Source: Synergistaceae bacterium (GTDB lineage Bacteria; Synergistota; Synergistia; Synergistales; Synergistaceae). From it: 57,913 nucleotides of DNA. The translations under genes were made by a program, and so were the position numbers. The notes under the pieces were generated by a model. The model was not told the origin of the DNA, ran no database searches, and was given only the letters and a program-made list of their open reading frames with translations. Of this stretch, positions 9,731 through 19,714 are shown in pieces. How positions within the stretch are numbered: the stretch's first letter is position 1; the number at the start of each line of letters is the position of its first letter. The stretch lies in assembly GCA_031288335.1 (NCBI GenBank), contig JAITRO010000159.1:1-57913 (forward strand), read 5' to 3'.

Positions 9731-9770
9731 TGTATCACGAAGTGTCACGAAAGGGAGCGGTGTATCGAAT
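9731..9770 (+). promoter_or_regulatory. Phased direct repeats in the mraZ leader (candidate MraZ operator boxes)
   Basis: TGTATCACGA (9731), AGTGTCACGA (9741) and TGTATCGAAT (9761) lie on a 10-bp register. Additional (A/G)TG(G/T) cores sit at about 9701, 9712 and 9723. Confidence 0.35.
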
Positions 9771-9787
9771 GAGTTCTATAGTCAGCA

Positions 9788-10216
9788 ATGAGTTTCATAG
9801 GCAGCTTCGGTCACAAGCTCGGCTCAAAGGGTAGAATTGTAGTTCCGTCATGCTTTAGTGAAGAACTTGCCAAGCGCATCGTGGTCACGTCGCTGGACAA
9901 AAAGTGCGTATCGGTGTATTCGGAAAAAAACTGGCAGCCGGTGGTCGATCGGATAGAGGAAAACGCGTTGAAAACTTTAAACGGGGCGGATGCAAGGCGT
10001 CTCATCATGTTTTTTTCATATTCCCTTGAAGTCGATGCGCCAGGGAGAATATTCCTGCCGGAAAAAGTGCGATCCTGGGTTAGTATTGTACAGGATGTTT
10101 TCATCATAGGCAATCACAAAAAGATAGAGATATTGGATTCCTCGCGCTGGTTGAGGTTTATCGGGGAATCGGAGAGATTGATTTCGGAAATAAACGAATT
10201 ACTCCCGGGGTTGTAA
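9788..10216 (+). CDS. mraZ: Transcriptional regulator MraZ
   Basis: 142 aa. MSFIGSFGHKLGSKGRIVVP and a second half with GRIFLPEKVR indicate a duplicated SpoVT/AbrB-like fold. First gene of the dcw cluster. Confidence 0.9.
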   Translation: MSFIGSFGHKLGSKGRIVVPSCFSEELAKRIVVTSLDKKCVSVYSEKNWQPVVDRIEENALKTLNGADARRLIMFFSYSLEVDAPGRIFLPEKVRSWVSIVQDVFIIGNHKKIEILDSSRWLRFIGESERLISEINELLPGL

Positions 10217-10217
10217 T

Positions 10218-11156
10218 ATGGAAACGCACATACCTGTTATGCTTCAGGAAATTGTCGGCATTTTTGAACATGCCGTCCCCTCGCGTGGAAACGCGTTTTT
10301 TGTCGACGCGACCTTGGGAGGGGGAGGGCATTCGAAGGCAATGCTTGAAAGATTTCCAAATCTTCGGATTGTTGGCCTGGACAGAGACGAAACGGCATTG
10401 GCATTGGCGGCGTCGAGGCTGTCGGGGTACGGGACGCGATTTACGGCGGTGCACGCGAATTTTGGCGAACTCAGCACTCGCGCCGCTGCCTTGAGAAAAG
10501 AACACGGCGGATACGCAATCGGGGTTTTGTTTGATTACGGCGTCTCGAATATGCAATTATCAACTCCCGAGCGAGGTTTCTCGTTTCAGGAGGATGGTTC
10601 CCTCGATATGAGGATGTCGCCGGCCGCGGATATCCCAACGGCCGCGGATATCATCAGGGAATCCGGCACAGGAGAACTTGCGGGTATTTTTCGAGTTTTC
10701 GGGGAGGAAAAAAATGCTTTTCGCATCGCGAAAGGCATTACGTGCGCCAAAGAAGCGGGAGAAACGCTGGATACCACCATGAAATTGGTCGCCGCAATAA
10801 GACGGTCGCTGCCGGCGGCGATTCAAAGACATATGGGAGGCAACCCGGCACGCAAGATTTTTCAGGCGTTGCGGATAGCGGTGAATTCAGAGCTGGAGGA
10901 GATTCCCAAGGGACTTGAGGGAGCTTTGGAGTTAACCGGAGACGGGGGATTCATAGTCTCCCTTTCCTACCATTCCCTCGAAGACCGCTTGGTCAAGCGG
11001 ACGTTCAAGAATTGGGAGGCCGAAGGGAGAGGCTTCGTCAGGACGAAACGCCCGGCGGTCCCGTCGGAAGAAGAGACGAATGCGAACAGAAAGGCGCGCA
11101 GCGCCAAGATGAGAGTTTTTGCGGTGAAAAAAGGAAATGACATTTTGAAAAATTAA
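10218..11156 (+). CDS. rsmH: 16S rRNA (cytosine1402-N4)-methyltransferase RsmH
   Basis: HIPVMLQEIV...DATLGGGGHS motif; position directly after mraZ. Confidence 0.95.
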   Translation: METHIPVMLQEIVGIFEHAVPSRGNAFFVDATLGGGGHSKAMLERFPNLRIVGLDRDETALALAASRLSGYGTRFTAVHANFGELSTRAAALRKEHGGYAIGVLFDYGVSNMQLSTPERGFSFQEDGSLDMRMSPAADIPTAADIIRESGTGELAGIFRVFGEEKNAFRIAKGITCAKEAGETLDTTMKLVAAIRRSLPAAIQRHMGGNPARKIFQALRIAVNSELEEIPKGLEGALELTGDGGFIVSLSYHSLEDRLVKRTFKNWEAEGRGFVRTKRPAVPSEEETNANRKARSAKMRVFAVKKGNDILKN

Positions 11157-11185
11157 CATTAGATATGCGGGAGGTGTGAAGCAAC

Positions 11186-11593
11186 GTGAAAGCAAATGTT
11201 CCAAACCGCAAAAAAAACGGCAGACATTCGGTTTTTTGTGTCTTATTTCTGCTGGGCGTTTTGATTTCGGCTTTATGCCTCGGTAGTATACGCATATATG
11301 GTCTTTATCTCGAACGCAGGCTCTCGGTCTGCGCGATGAAGATCGAGTCGGCGTACGACGAATACGCCATGCTCGAAAAGACTCATGCCGCGCTTTTATC
11401 TCCATCAAGAATATATAACTACGCAAAATCGAAACTCAACATGGTCGCCGCGAGCAAAACGGAGACGATTATATTGTTCGCGCATTCCTACGAAGGGAAA
11501 GGACTCAATGACGCCGCGAAGGGCGGAAATGCCGCGAAGAAGCTGGGCGGGTTGAGCCGGATATTGGTGAGCGTCGCAAATGCCAAAGAATAA
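11186..11593 (+). CDS. ftsL: FtsL-like cell division membrane protein
   Basis: 135 aa with a single TM segment (VFCVLFLLGVLISALCLG), located between rsmH and ftsI. GTG start with GGGAGGTG 9 nt upstream. Confidence 0.65.
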   Translation: MKANVPNRKKNGRHSVFCVLFLLGVLISALCLGSIRIYGLYLERRLSVCAMKIESAYDEYAMLEKTHAALLSPSRIYNYAKSKLNMVAASKTETIILFAHSYEGKGLNDAAKGGNAAKKLGGLSRILVSVANAKE

Positions 11594-13280
11594 TCAAGTA
11601 CTTCCAAAAAATTCCTGGAGTTCGAATACGGCGTGGTTTTTATGTTTTGTCCTGATCGGATGCCTCGCCGTCAGGACGGTATTTGTGCATGTATTCCCGG
11701 ACGAGAGGATCAAAAGGCAGTCCCTGAGCCAATACTGGGAGCAGGTTCCCGTGTCAGCGTCGCGGGGGGACATCCGGGACCGGAACGGTCAGGCGCTTGC
11801 CCTTTCCGTGCCTTCGGTCAGTTTTTACATCGATCCCGAGAATTGGCTGCCTGAGAATGCCGACGAGTTGGGGCCTTTTTTCGGGGCTGACGCCTCCGGC
11901 AAATTCAAGAAAAAACTGCCGGGGAAATTTCATTGGGTCATGCGGAAAGTGCCGCGGGATATAGCGAAACAGGTTATTGAGAAGAAAATCCCTGGATTGT
12001 TTACCATCAGGGAAAATCGTAGAATGTATCCGCACAGCGAACTCGCGTCTCACGTGATAGGTTTTTGCGATATCGACAATTTCGGGTTGTCGGGGATAGA
12101 ACGCGAGTGGAACAATGCTCTCTTCTCGCCGCCTCAAAACAGGTTTTTCGTGCGGGACGCCAAGCGCAATTTGTTCGACATAATAGGCAGCAACGCCGGC
12201 ATGTTGGATACCGGCGCGGGGTCGGTGAAACTCACGCTCGATTCGAAAATACAGCAGATAGTGGAATGGAAGCTGCGGGAGGGCGCGGAAAAATACGAGG
12301 CCGAATGGGGCGCCGGAGTGTGCGTAAATCCGCGGACCGGAGAGATATATGCCATGGCAAGCTATCCGCCGCTCGACCTGAATGACAGGAGCAATTTCAA
12401 TGACTCAAAAAAGCTAAGGAACAACGTCACGGGAAGAGTATACGAGCCTGGATCCACATTCAAGCCCATAATCCTGGGCATCGCCAGGGAAATGGGCGTG
12501 GTGTCGGACAACTTCCATTTTACCTGCACTAAAAAGATAGAGATAGCCGACGGAGTGGTCAGAGACGTAGCGGCACACGGGGAGGTCACGCTCGAAGGGC
12601 TTTTGGTGAAATCGTGCAACACCGGCATGGCATTCATAGGAAATAACAAGGAAATGACGCCGCATGATATTTGGGGGATGCTGAGGCAGTTTGGGTTCGG
12701 CGTCAAATCAGGCGTGGAGTTGTCCGGAGAGGAGGAGGGCCTGCTCCGGAATCCGGACGAGTGGCTCGGCGTGACCAGGGCCAACGTGGCAATAGGTCAG
12801 GGGCTCGCGGTCACCCCGCTGCAACTGGCAATGGGAATAAGCGCCATAGCCAACGGCGGAGAGCTTCTCAAGCCGTACATAGTCGAAGAGGTCAAAAATT
12901 CGAAGGGCGAGATCATTCATCAGGGACAGAGGCGAGTTCGCAACGCTGTGTTGAACCCCAAGACCGCCATATGGCTAAGGCGGGCGCTGTATAAAACTGT
13001 CGAGGAAGGCACCGGCAGGGCAGCGCGCGTAAACGGCATCCCGGTCGCGGGCAAGACCGGCACGGCTCAGCTCGCGGCGTCCGGCGTATATGTAAAAGGA
13101 AGGTACGCCAGCTCCTTCATCGGTTTCTGGCCTTACGAAAAGCCGGAGTACCTTCTTCTTATAGTGCTCGGAGAACCAAAGGGCAAGTATTACGGCGGCG
13201 AGATAGCGGCTCCGATCTTCAAGGCCGTCGTCGATGAGATGCTTCAGCTGTCGTTTTTGGCGAAAACGCGCGATAACTGA
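11580..13280 (+). CDS. ftsI: Peptidoglycan D,D-transpeptidase FtsI (class B PBP)
   Basis: SxxK (GSTFKP), SxN (KSCNTG) and KTG (AGKTGTAQ) motifs; dcw position. Confidence 0.9.
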   Translation: MPKNNQVLPKNSWSSNTAWFLCFVLIGCLAVRTVFVHVFPDERIKRQSLSQYWEQVPVSASRGDIRDRNGQALALSVPSVSFYIDPENWLPENADELGPFFGADASGKFKKKLPGKFHWVMRKVPRDIAKQVIEKKIPGLFTIRENRRMYPHSELASHVIGFCDIDNFGLSGIEREWNNALFSPPQNRFFVRDAKRNLFDIIGSNAGMLDTGAGSVKLTLDSKIQQIVEWKLREGAEKYEAEWGAGVCVNPRTGEIYAMASYPPLDLNDRSNFNDSKKLRNNVTGRVYEPGSTFKPIILGIAREMGVVSDNFHFTCTKKIEIADGVVRDVAAHGEVTLEGLLVKSCNTGMAFIGNNKEMTPHDIWGMLRQFGFGVKSGVELSGEEEGLLRNPDEWLGVTRANVAIGQGLAVTPLQLAMGISAIANGGELLKPYIVEEVKNSKGEIIHQGQRRVRNAVLNPKTAIWLRRALYKTVEEGTGRAARVNGIPVAGKTGTAQLAASGVYVKGRYASSFIGFWPYEKPEYLLLIVLGEPKGKYYGGEIAAPIFKAVVDEMLQLSFLAKTRDN

Positions 13281-13301
13281 ATATCACGGAAAGGAAGATT
13301 C

Positions 13302-14816
13302 ATGCGGATGGAAGTTCGCGAATTTTTTGACAAATTCAAGCGTTCCGGCAAAAGGCTCGTAAACGCGCGGGCCGGTCGCGAAATCGTCCGCGTCGAGTAT
13401 GATTCACGCCGCGTTTCGGAAGGACATGGGATCATCTTCGCGTGCGTAAAAGGCGATAATACCGACGGACATGACCACGCCGCGGAAGCCGTGTCGCAGG
13501 GAGCAGTCGCCCTTCTTTGTGAGCGCGAGCTGCCGCTTGACATCCCTCAGATAATTACGCCGGGAACGAGGGCCGCCATGGGCGAAGCCGCCTCCGTGAT
13601 CTGCGGGAAACCTTCCGAAAAACTGAAAATGACGGGCGTCACCGGGACGAACGGCAAAACCACGACCGCTTATATCACGAGATCCATAATCCGTGCTTCC
13701 GGCGCGCGCGCCGGAATGATCGGGACGATCGTCTACGACGATGCCGTCTGTGAATCGTTCGCGGGACATACCACACCGGAGGGGCCCGATATTCAGCGCC
13801 TTCTGTCCAAAATGGCCGAAAACGGCGCTTCCCATTGCGTCATGGAGGCTTCTTCGCACGGTCTCGACCAGGGACGTCTGGAAGGATGCGGATTCGACGC
13901 CGTGGGATTCAGCAATCTGACCCCCGAACACCTGGAATATCACAATGACATGGAAAGCTATTTCATGGCCAAAAGGCGTCTTTTTTCGGATTACGCCAGA
14001 GGCGGATGGAAAGGCGCCGCCAACGCGGACGATTCGTACGGCGCGCGGTTGCTGGAAGAGTTTCGAGAAAACACGATGCCGTTTTCCGCCGGCAAGGGAA
14101 AAACCGGCGGCTCCATATACAGAGTCCGCATATTGCGGGAACGGCTCGATGGGATGACGGTCTCCGTGACATATCCCGACGGCGGTTCATTCGTCGCGGA
14201 TTCCCCCCTGGCCGGCAGGCACAACGCGTCGAATATCCTGGAGAGCGCGGTCTTGGGAGACGCGTTGGGATTTGACAGGGATACAGTGAAGAAAGGGATC
14301 GAGGATTGTCCGCAGGTTCCGGGCCGCCTCGAAAGATACCGGACGGCGAACGGCGTTACGGTCTTTGTGGATTTCGCCCACAGCTCGGATGGCATGGAGC
14401 AGGCGCTCATGACGCTGAAAGATCTCGTTTCGGGACATCTGAGGGTATTGTGGGGTGCCGGAGGCGACAGGACGCCGTCGAAGCGTCCAGTAGTGGGGAA
14501 CATAATGGCTCAGTTGGCCGACCACATTGTGATTTCGACGGACAACCCGAGGAGCGAAAATCCGGCCGATATAGCGCGCGGCGTCGAGGAAGGTGTCAGG
14601 CAATGCGCGCGGCGAGCCAGGTGCGACACTATCCTGGACAGGGGCGAGGCGATAGATTTTATCCTGAATTCGGCCCAAGCCGGCGATATCGTCCTCATAG
14701 CCGGCAAAGGCCCCGAACGCTTCATCGATTACGGGACGCATAAGGAACCCTTCGTCGACGGAGAGCGCGTTCTGGAATGGGCGCGCTCCCATAAATCGGA
14801 GGCGGAAACCCGATGA
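13302..14816 (+). CDS. murE: UDP-MurNAc-L-Ala-D-Glu--2,6-diaminopimelate ligase MurE
   Basis: GVTGTNGKTTT P-loop; the DNPRSE (DNPR) motif is typical of meso-DAP-adding enzymes. Confidence 0.95.
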   Translation: MRMEVREFFDKFKRSGKRLVNARAGREIVRVEYDSRRVSEGHGIIFACVKGDNTDGHDHAAEAVSQGAVALLCERELPLDIPQIITPGTRAAMGEAASVICGKPSEKLKMTGVTGTNGKTTTAYITRSIIRASGARAGMIGTIVYDDAVCESFAGHTTPEGPDIQRLLSKMAENGASHCVMEASSHGLDQGRLEGCGFDAVGFSNLTPEHLEYHNDMESYFMAKRRLFSDYARGGWKGAANADDSYGARLLEEFRENTMPFSAGKGKTGGSIYRVRILRERLDGMTVSVTYPDGGSFVADSPLAGRHNASNILESAVLGDALGFDRDTVKKGIEDCPQVPGRLERYRTANGVTVFVDFAHSSDGMEQALMTLKDLVSGHLRVLWGAGGDRTPSKRPVVGNIMAQLADHIVISTDNPRSENPADIARGVEEGVRQCARRARCDTILDRGEAIDFILNSAQAGDIVLIAGKGPERFIDYGTHKEPFVDGERVLEWARSHKSEAETR

Positions 14817-16249
14817 CCCGCGGGCGAAAATTCTTCACATTGCGGGAAACCGCCGCGGTGCACGGTTTCGGATATTATCCCGAGAGGATGGCCGATGTGC
14901 CGCTGCCGCAAGTTTTCAGGGCGGACAGCAGGATCGTCGAACGCGGCGGCGGTTTTATAGCGGTAAAGGGAGCAAGGGAAGACGGACACGACTATATACC
15001 GCAGGCAGTTAAAAACGGAGCCGTTTGCGTGATCTGCGAGAAGTCGTTTTTCGAGCGTCATAAGAACGAGTTGTCCGCTCAAGACGCTGCGTTCATCCTG
15101 GTGAGGGACGTCTGTGAATCAGTCGCGCGGTTGGCGAAAGCGTGGCTCGACATGGTATCTCCTAAGATCGTTGGCATCACCGGCAGTGTGGGGAAGACCA
15201 CGACGAGGGATTTTCTGTACGCCGCCCTTCGCGGCGCATTTAGGACGCATACCGCCGTGAAGAGTTACAATACGCTATTGGGCGTCTCGATGACGGTACT
15301 CGCCATGCCGAGCGATACCGAAATTTTGATACTCGAACTCGGGACGAACCACCCCGGCGAGATACGCGAGATAGTGGAGAACTTTCCGGTGACGGACGGC
15401 ATAATCACCGAGGTCGCGGACGCGCATTTAGAAGGGTTGGGGGATATAGAGGGCGTGCTTGCCGCTAAAATGGAACTTACCGAGTCGCGAAAGCTGGAAT
15501 ATTTATCTTATAATTCGGATAATGATTTGTTATCCTCCGCTGTGGCGCGTATGCCGTTCGGCGAGAAGATGAAAAAGGGCGGCGTCAGGCAGGTTGGCGT
15601 CGGATACTCCGGCTCCGGCGTGCGCATATCGGATGTCAGGCAGGTCATGAGGCCGGATTTCATCCCCTCGCTTTGCGTCACACTCTCGATGAAGGAACGG
15701 AAAGCGTCATGCCGTTCGCCGATGTTTGGCAGACAGCACGCGAGAAACATAGCTTTCGCCTATTCCGCGGCAGTTCAGGCAGGTCTTGATGACAGTTCTT
15801 TTGGACGCGCCGCGGGTTTTTTTGAACTTCCTCCCGGAAGGGGGCTCATATTCCGGGGGAAAAACGGATGCGCGGTCATCGACGAGACTTACAACGCAAA
15901 TCCCGCGTCGCTGTCCTATGCCGTCAAAAATCTGCTTGAAATGAAGCTGCCCGGTGAATTTCCGCGGATTGCCGTTCTGGGTGGAATGAGGGAGCTGGGA
16001 CGTGAATCGCCGCGCCTGCATGAGATCGTACTCAGCAGGGCCGCGCTGCTCGACGAGGTGTATCTCATAGGGTCCGAATGGGGCGACGCCCTTCCGAGGC
16101 ACGAGTCGGTCCGCGGAGTATGGCCTGACGTCGATCGTTTTATATCCGAGTTCGATTTCGAATCAGCCCGAAATTCGGCGTTTTTGTTGAAGGGGTCGCG
16201 TTTTTATGGTCTCGATCGGTTGCTGCCATGTTTCACCGGCGAAGCCTGA
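14813..16249 (+). CDS. murF: UDP-MurNAc-tripeptide--D-Ala-D-Ala ligase MurF
   Basis: GITGSVGKTTT; ATGA overlap with the murE stop. Confidence 0.93.
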   Translation: MTRGRKFFTLRETAAVHGFGYYPERMADVPLPQVFRADSRIVERGGGFIAVKGAREDGHDYIPQAVKNGAVCVICEKSFFERHKNELSAQDAAFILVRDVCESVARLAKAWLDMVSPKIVGITGSVGKTTTRDFLYAALRGAFRTHTAVKSYNTLLGVSMTVLAMPSDTEILILELGTNHPGEIREIVENFPVTDGIITEVADAHLEGLGDIEGVLAAKMELTESRKLEYLSYNSDNDLLSSAVARMPFGEKMKKGGVRQVGVGYSGSGVRISDVRQVMRPDFIPSLCVTLSMKERKASCRSPMFGRQHARNIAFAYSAAVQAGLDDSSFGRAAGFFELPPGRGLIFRGKNGCAVIDETYNANPASLSYAVKNLLEMKLPGEFPRIAVLGGMRELGRESPRLHEIVLSRAALLDEVYLIGSEWGDALPRHESVRGVWPDVDRFISEFDFESARNSAFLLKGSRFYGLDRLLPCFTGEA

Positions 16250-16285
16250 GAAAGATGTGAAGTCTGAGAAACGGGTGAATGAATT

Positions 16286-17254
16286 ATGAAGATAAAAATA
16301 CTGTGTCTTGGGCTGATTTTTTTCGCGTCCGCCATATTTTTGGAGAACCTGTGGATATCGTTGATGAGGAATTTCGGCGTGGGGGAGGCCATTAAGAATT
16401 ATGGGCCGAGCGGGCACAAAAAAAAGAAAGGCACGCCCGGTATCGGCGGAATAGTGGCTTTTATACTGTCGCCGCTCGCCGCGTTCGCGATATACCGCGC
16501 CGGGCTGGGAGGGAGACGCGATCTTTTTGTGATATGGGCCTTCCCATTATTGGCCGGGCTCGTGGGCCTTGCCGACGACCTGCTGAAAGCGTTTCGTTCC
16601 TCCAGCGAGGGGCTCAGAAGTTTGCAAAAACTGTTTTTGCAGATAGTCGTCTGTTCCATATGGGTATATTTCGTCTCGCGCGGCGGAATATTCCTGGTGC
16701 CCGGACTGGCCCTGCCGGTCAGGGTCGCCGTTCCGGTCTTGGTATTTCTCTCAGTCGCCGCATTGAACGCCGTCAACGTCACTGACGGCCTCGACGGGCT
16801 TGCCGGAAGCGCGGTCGCCGTGTCGCTGCTATCGGTCTTTCTGTGGGCGGATAAAACGCCGGTGCTGGCTTCGGCGGCATTGGGACTCGCCATGGCGGTG
16901 GCCTTTCTATGGCACAATTCCAATCCGGCGCTTGTGTTCATGGGAGACGCCGGTTCTCATCTCTGGGGCGCGCTGCTGGTGAGCCTCTGCGTCGATGCCG
17001 GGTCTCTCGCGTTCATGCTGCCGATGGGCTTTATATTCGGCATAGAATTGGCGACGTCGGCGATACAGATTTTCACCATAAGGGTCTTCGGCAAACGGGT
17101 TTTCAGGATGAGTCCTCTCCATCATCACTTTGAAATAGGAGGCATGAGGGAACAGCAAATAGTCGCACGTTTCACGATCGTCCACGCGGCCGGAATCGTC
17201 GCGATATTGATTTTCATGGAAACGCTTCTTGAAAGAGGGTTTCTCCATGTATAA
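16286..17254 (+). CDS. mraY: Phospho-N-acetylmuramoyl-pentapeptide transferase MraY
   Basis: Polytopic membrane protein with NAVNVTDGLDGLAGS. Confidence 0.95.
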   Translation: MKIKILCLGLIFFASAIFLENLWISLMRNFGVGEAIKNYGPSGHKKKKGTPGIGGIVAFILSPLAAFAIYRAGLGGRRDLFVIWAFPLLAGLVGLADDLLKAFRSSSEGLRSLQKLFLQIVVCSIWVYFVSRGGIFLVPGLALPVRVAVPVLVFLSVAALNAVNVTDGLDGLAGSAVAVSLLSVFLWADKTPVLASAALGLAMAVAFLWHNSNPALVFMGDAGSHLWGALLVSLCVDAGSLAFMLPMGFIFGIELATSAIQIFTIRVFGKRVFRMSPLHHHFEIGGMREQQIVARFTIVHAAGIVAILIFMETLLERGFLHV

Positions 17255-18584
17255 AAGGGATATGACAAGTCGGAGGCTGACGGTTCTCGGCGCCGGCGTG
17301 AGCGGGGCCGCGATCGCTCGCATGGCGGCGCGTCTGGGCGCTCAGGTTTTCGTGTCCGACGCGGCTGAAATTACCGCGGAAACGGCGGACTCCTTCGAAT
17401 TGGAGGGCATACGGTACGAACAGGAGGGGCATACCGAAAAAATATTCGATTGTGATACAGTGGTGGTCGGTTCGGGATTTCCGCCGAATGCCCCGATATT
17501 GGGAAAACTTGCGTCAAGAGGAATGGATCCCGTCGGTGAGCTTGATTTCGTAATGCCGTTCCTGAAGGGACACGTTATCGGCATTACCGGCAGCAACGGC
17601 AAGACCACAACCGCCTCGCTCCTCGGGCATCTTTTGAAGGCGGAGGGCGTAAACTGCGCGGTCGCCGGAAATATAGGAAACCCGGCGGCGGACGCCGCGG
17701 GAACCGACTACGATTATATCGTTCTCGAACTCAGCAGTTTTCAGCTGCATTGGGCCATGAGCGTGAAATTTGCCGGCGCGATAGTTACGAATCTCGCCCC
17801 CGACCATATCGACTGGCACGGTTCCTACGAAAATTATGTCCGCGCGAAGGCCAAGCTCGTCGGTTTCGTCGAAGACGGGTTCGCGATAGTTCAGAAACGG
17901 GATGGGGAAACGCTCAAACGCGACGGAATTTCGACTAGATATTTGACATGGAATCCGCCATGCGCGGAGAACGACATATTTCTCTCCCGCGAGGAAGCGT
18001 CGGCCGTCATGAACGGGAAAGAGCTGTTTCGTTTCGGTGAGACCGGCCTGCTTGGTTTTCATAACATGGAAAATATCGCGATGGCAATGGGCATGGTGGA
18101 GATGCTGGGAATGGGCGCCGCGGCGCGCGCGTCGCTCCCCTCTTACACGGCCCCCGCTCACAGATGCGGCCTCGTGCTCGAAAAAAGCGGCGTCCGGTAT
18201 ATCGACGATTCGAAGGGCACCAATATAGCGGCGTCCGTGACGGCCATGTCGGCGATAGAGGGGCCGCATATAGTCATCCTGGGCGGGAGAGGCAAAGGGG
18301 AAAATTACGGCGATCTCGCGGAGCCGCTAAAAAAATACGCCAAATACGCCTATCTCGTAGGTGAGGCCGCCGAGGAAATCGGAACGTCACTCGCCGCCGG
18401 CGGTTTCGTCGATTACGCCATGGCCGGGGATATGGAAAACGCGGTCAAAAGAGCGGTTTCCGCGGCGCGCCCGGGGGATTCGGTGCTTCTGTCCCCCGCA
18501 TGCACAAGTTGGGATGTTTATAATAATTATAAAGAACGTGGGGACCATTTCGCGTCGCTGGTGAGGAAATACACAGGGGTATGA
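17247..18584 (+). CDS. murD: UDP-MurNAc-L-Ala--D-Glu ligase MurD
   Basis: VLGAGVSGAA Rossmann motif and GITGSNGKTTT. ATG at 17247 has AGAGGG 7 nt upstream; the track's start at 17229 is also open. Confidence 0.95.
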   Translation: MYKRDMTSRRLTVLGAGVSGAAIARMAARLGAQVFVSDAAEITAETADSFELEGIRYEQEGHTEKIFDCDTVVVGSGFPPNAPILGKLASRGMDPVGELDFVMPFLKGHVIGITGSNGKTTTASLLGHLLKAEGVNCAVAGNIGNPAADAAGTDYDYIVLELSSFQLHWAMSVKFAGAIVTNLAPDHIDWHGSYENYVRAKAKLVGFVEDGFAIVQKRDGETLKRDGISTRYLTWNPPCAENDIFLSREEASAVMNGKELFRFGETGLLGFHNMENIAMAMGMVEMLGMGAAARASLPSYTAPAHRCGLVLEKSGVRYIDDSKGTNIAASVTAMSAIEGPHIVILGGRGKGENYGDLAEPLKKYAKYAYLVGEAAEEIGTSLAAGGFVDYAMAGDMENAVKRAVSAARPGDSVLLSPACTSWDVYNNYKERGDHFASLVRKYTGV

Positions 18585-19714
18585 GGATGGCGCGCTTTGT
18601 CGATCATAATCAGGGAAACGACGAAACAAACATCAGAATAGATGCCTGGCTGTGGCTGATACCGCTCATCTTGAGCGGCGTCGGCATCCTAATGGTGACA
18701 TCGACTACGAGCAATTCCATGTACAGCACGTCGGCTTTTCCCCTCACTATCGGTTTCAGGCAGACGCGTTTTCTCGGACTCGGCTTTATGATCATGCTTA
18801 TGACTTTCTGCGTCCCGGTGGACAAATGGCGCAAAATCGCTTCCGCCTTTTGGATTTTTTCCGTAGCGCTGACGGTTGGGACTTTAATTCCAGGCTTCGG
18901 CATTTCGGTGAACGGCGCGAGGCGTTGGCTGAGATTGGGCGGTTTGACCTTTCAACCGTCGGAATTGATGGCTCTCGGCGTCGTGCTGGAAACCGCTAAA
19001 ATATTTGAAAAGAGTCCTTCAAATAAAAAGAAATGTATGATCACAATTCTCATAGTTATCGGTTTTTCCACCCTTCCGCTTCTCAGGCAGCCCGACTTCG
19101 GCACAACTGTCATGCTCGCCGCCATCTGCATGGGCATGTTCGTCGAACGTTTCGGATGGAAATATCCGCTCGCGCTTGGCGCTGTCTCACTGCTTCCGAT
19201 CGCTGGGCTCGTTTATCTGGAAAACTACAGGATAAGACGATTGAACGCCTTTATAGATCCTTTCGCGGATCCTCTCGACGCCGGTTATCAAATAATACAG
19301 AGCCTGATTGCCTTCGCCAACGGGGAAACCTGGGGCACGGGATTGGGGCATGGCCTTCAAAAACTTCAATATCTGCCCGCGGGGTCCACCGATTTTATTT
19401 ATGCTATGTTGGGTGAGGAAGTGGGTTTATTGGGCACGATGGGCGTCCTTACGCTATTTGCGTTTTGGGTTTTCAGATGCCGGCTGCTTTACAAACGCGT
19501 GCCGGATGGTTTTGAAACCTCAATGGTCTGGGGCATTACCCTCACAATACTGCTTCCGTTTTTCATCAATATAGCCGGCGTGACCAAGCTCATCCCCCTC
19601 ACCGGGATGCCTCTGCCCTTCATCAGTTACGGGGGCAGCGCCATGCTTGTGGCGTGGATGCGGATAGGGGTTCTTCTGAGGATGCATAAGAGTGCTTCGG
19701 AGGCGGCAGAGTGA
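18581..19714 (+). CDS. ftsW: SEDS peptidoglycan glycosyltransferase FtsW
   Basis: 10-TM SEDS-like sequence (QPSELMAL, FGTTV, PFISYGGSAM); ATGA overlap with murD. Confidence 0.9.
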   Translation: MRMARFVDHNQGNDETNIRIDAWLWLIPLILSGVGILMVTSTTSNSMYSTSAFPLTIGFRQTRFLGLGFMIMLMTFCVPVDKWRKIASAFWIFSVALTVGTLIPGFGISVNGARRWLRLGGLTFQPSELMALGVVLETAKIFEKSPSNKKKCMITILIVIGFSTLPLLRQPDFGTTVMLAAICMGMFVERFGWKYPLALGAVSLLPIAGLVYLENYRIRRLNAFIDPFADPLDAGYQIIQSLIAFANGETWGTGLGHGLQKLQYLPAGSTDFIYAMLGEEVGLLGTMGVLTLFAFWVFRCRLLYKRVPDGFETSMVWGITLTILLPFFINIAGVTKLIPLTGMPLPFISYGGSAMLVAWMRIGVLLRMHKSASEAAE

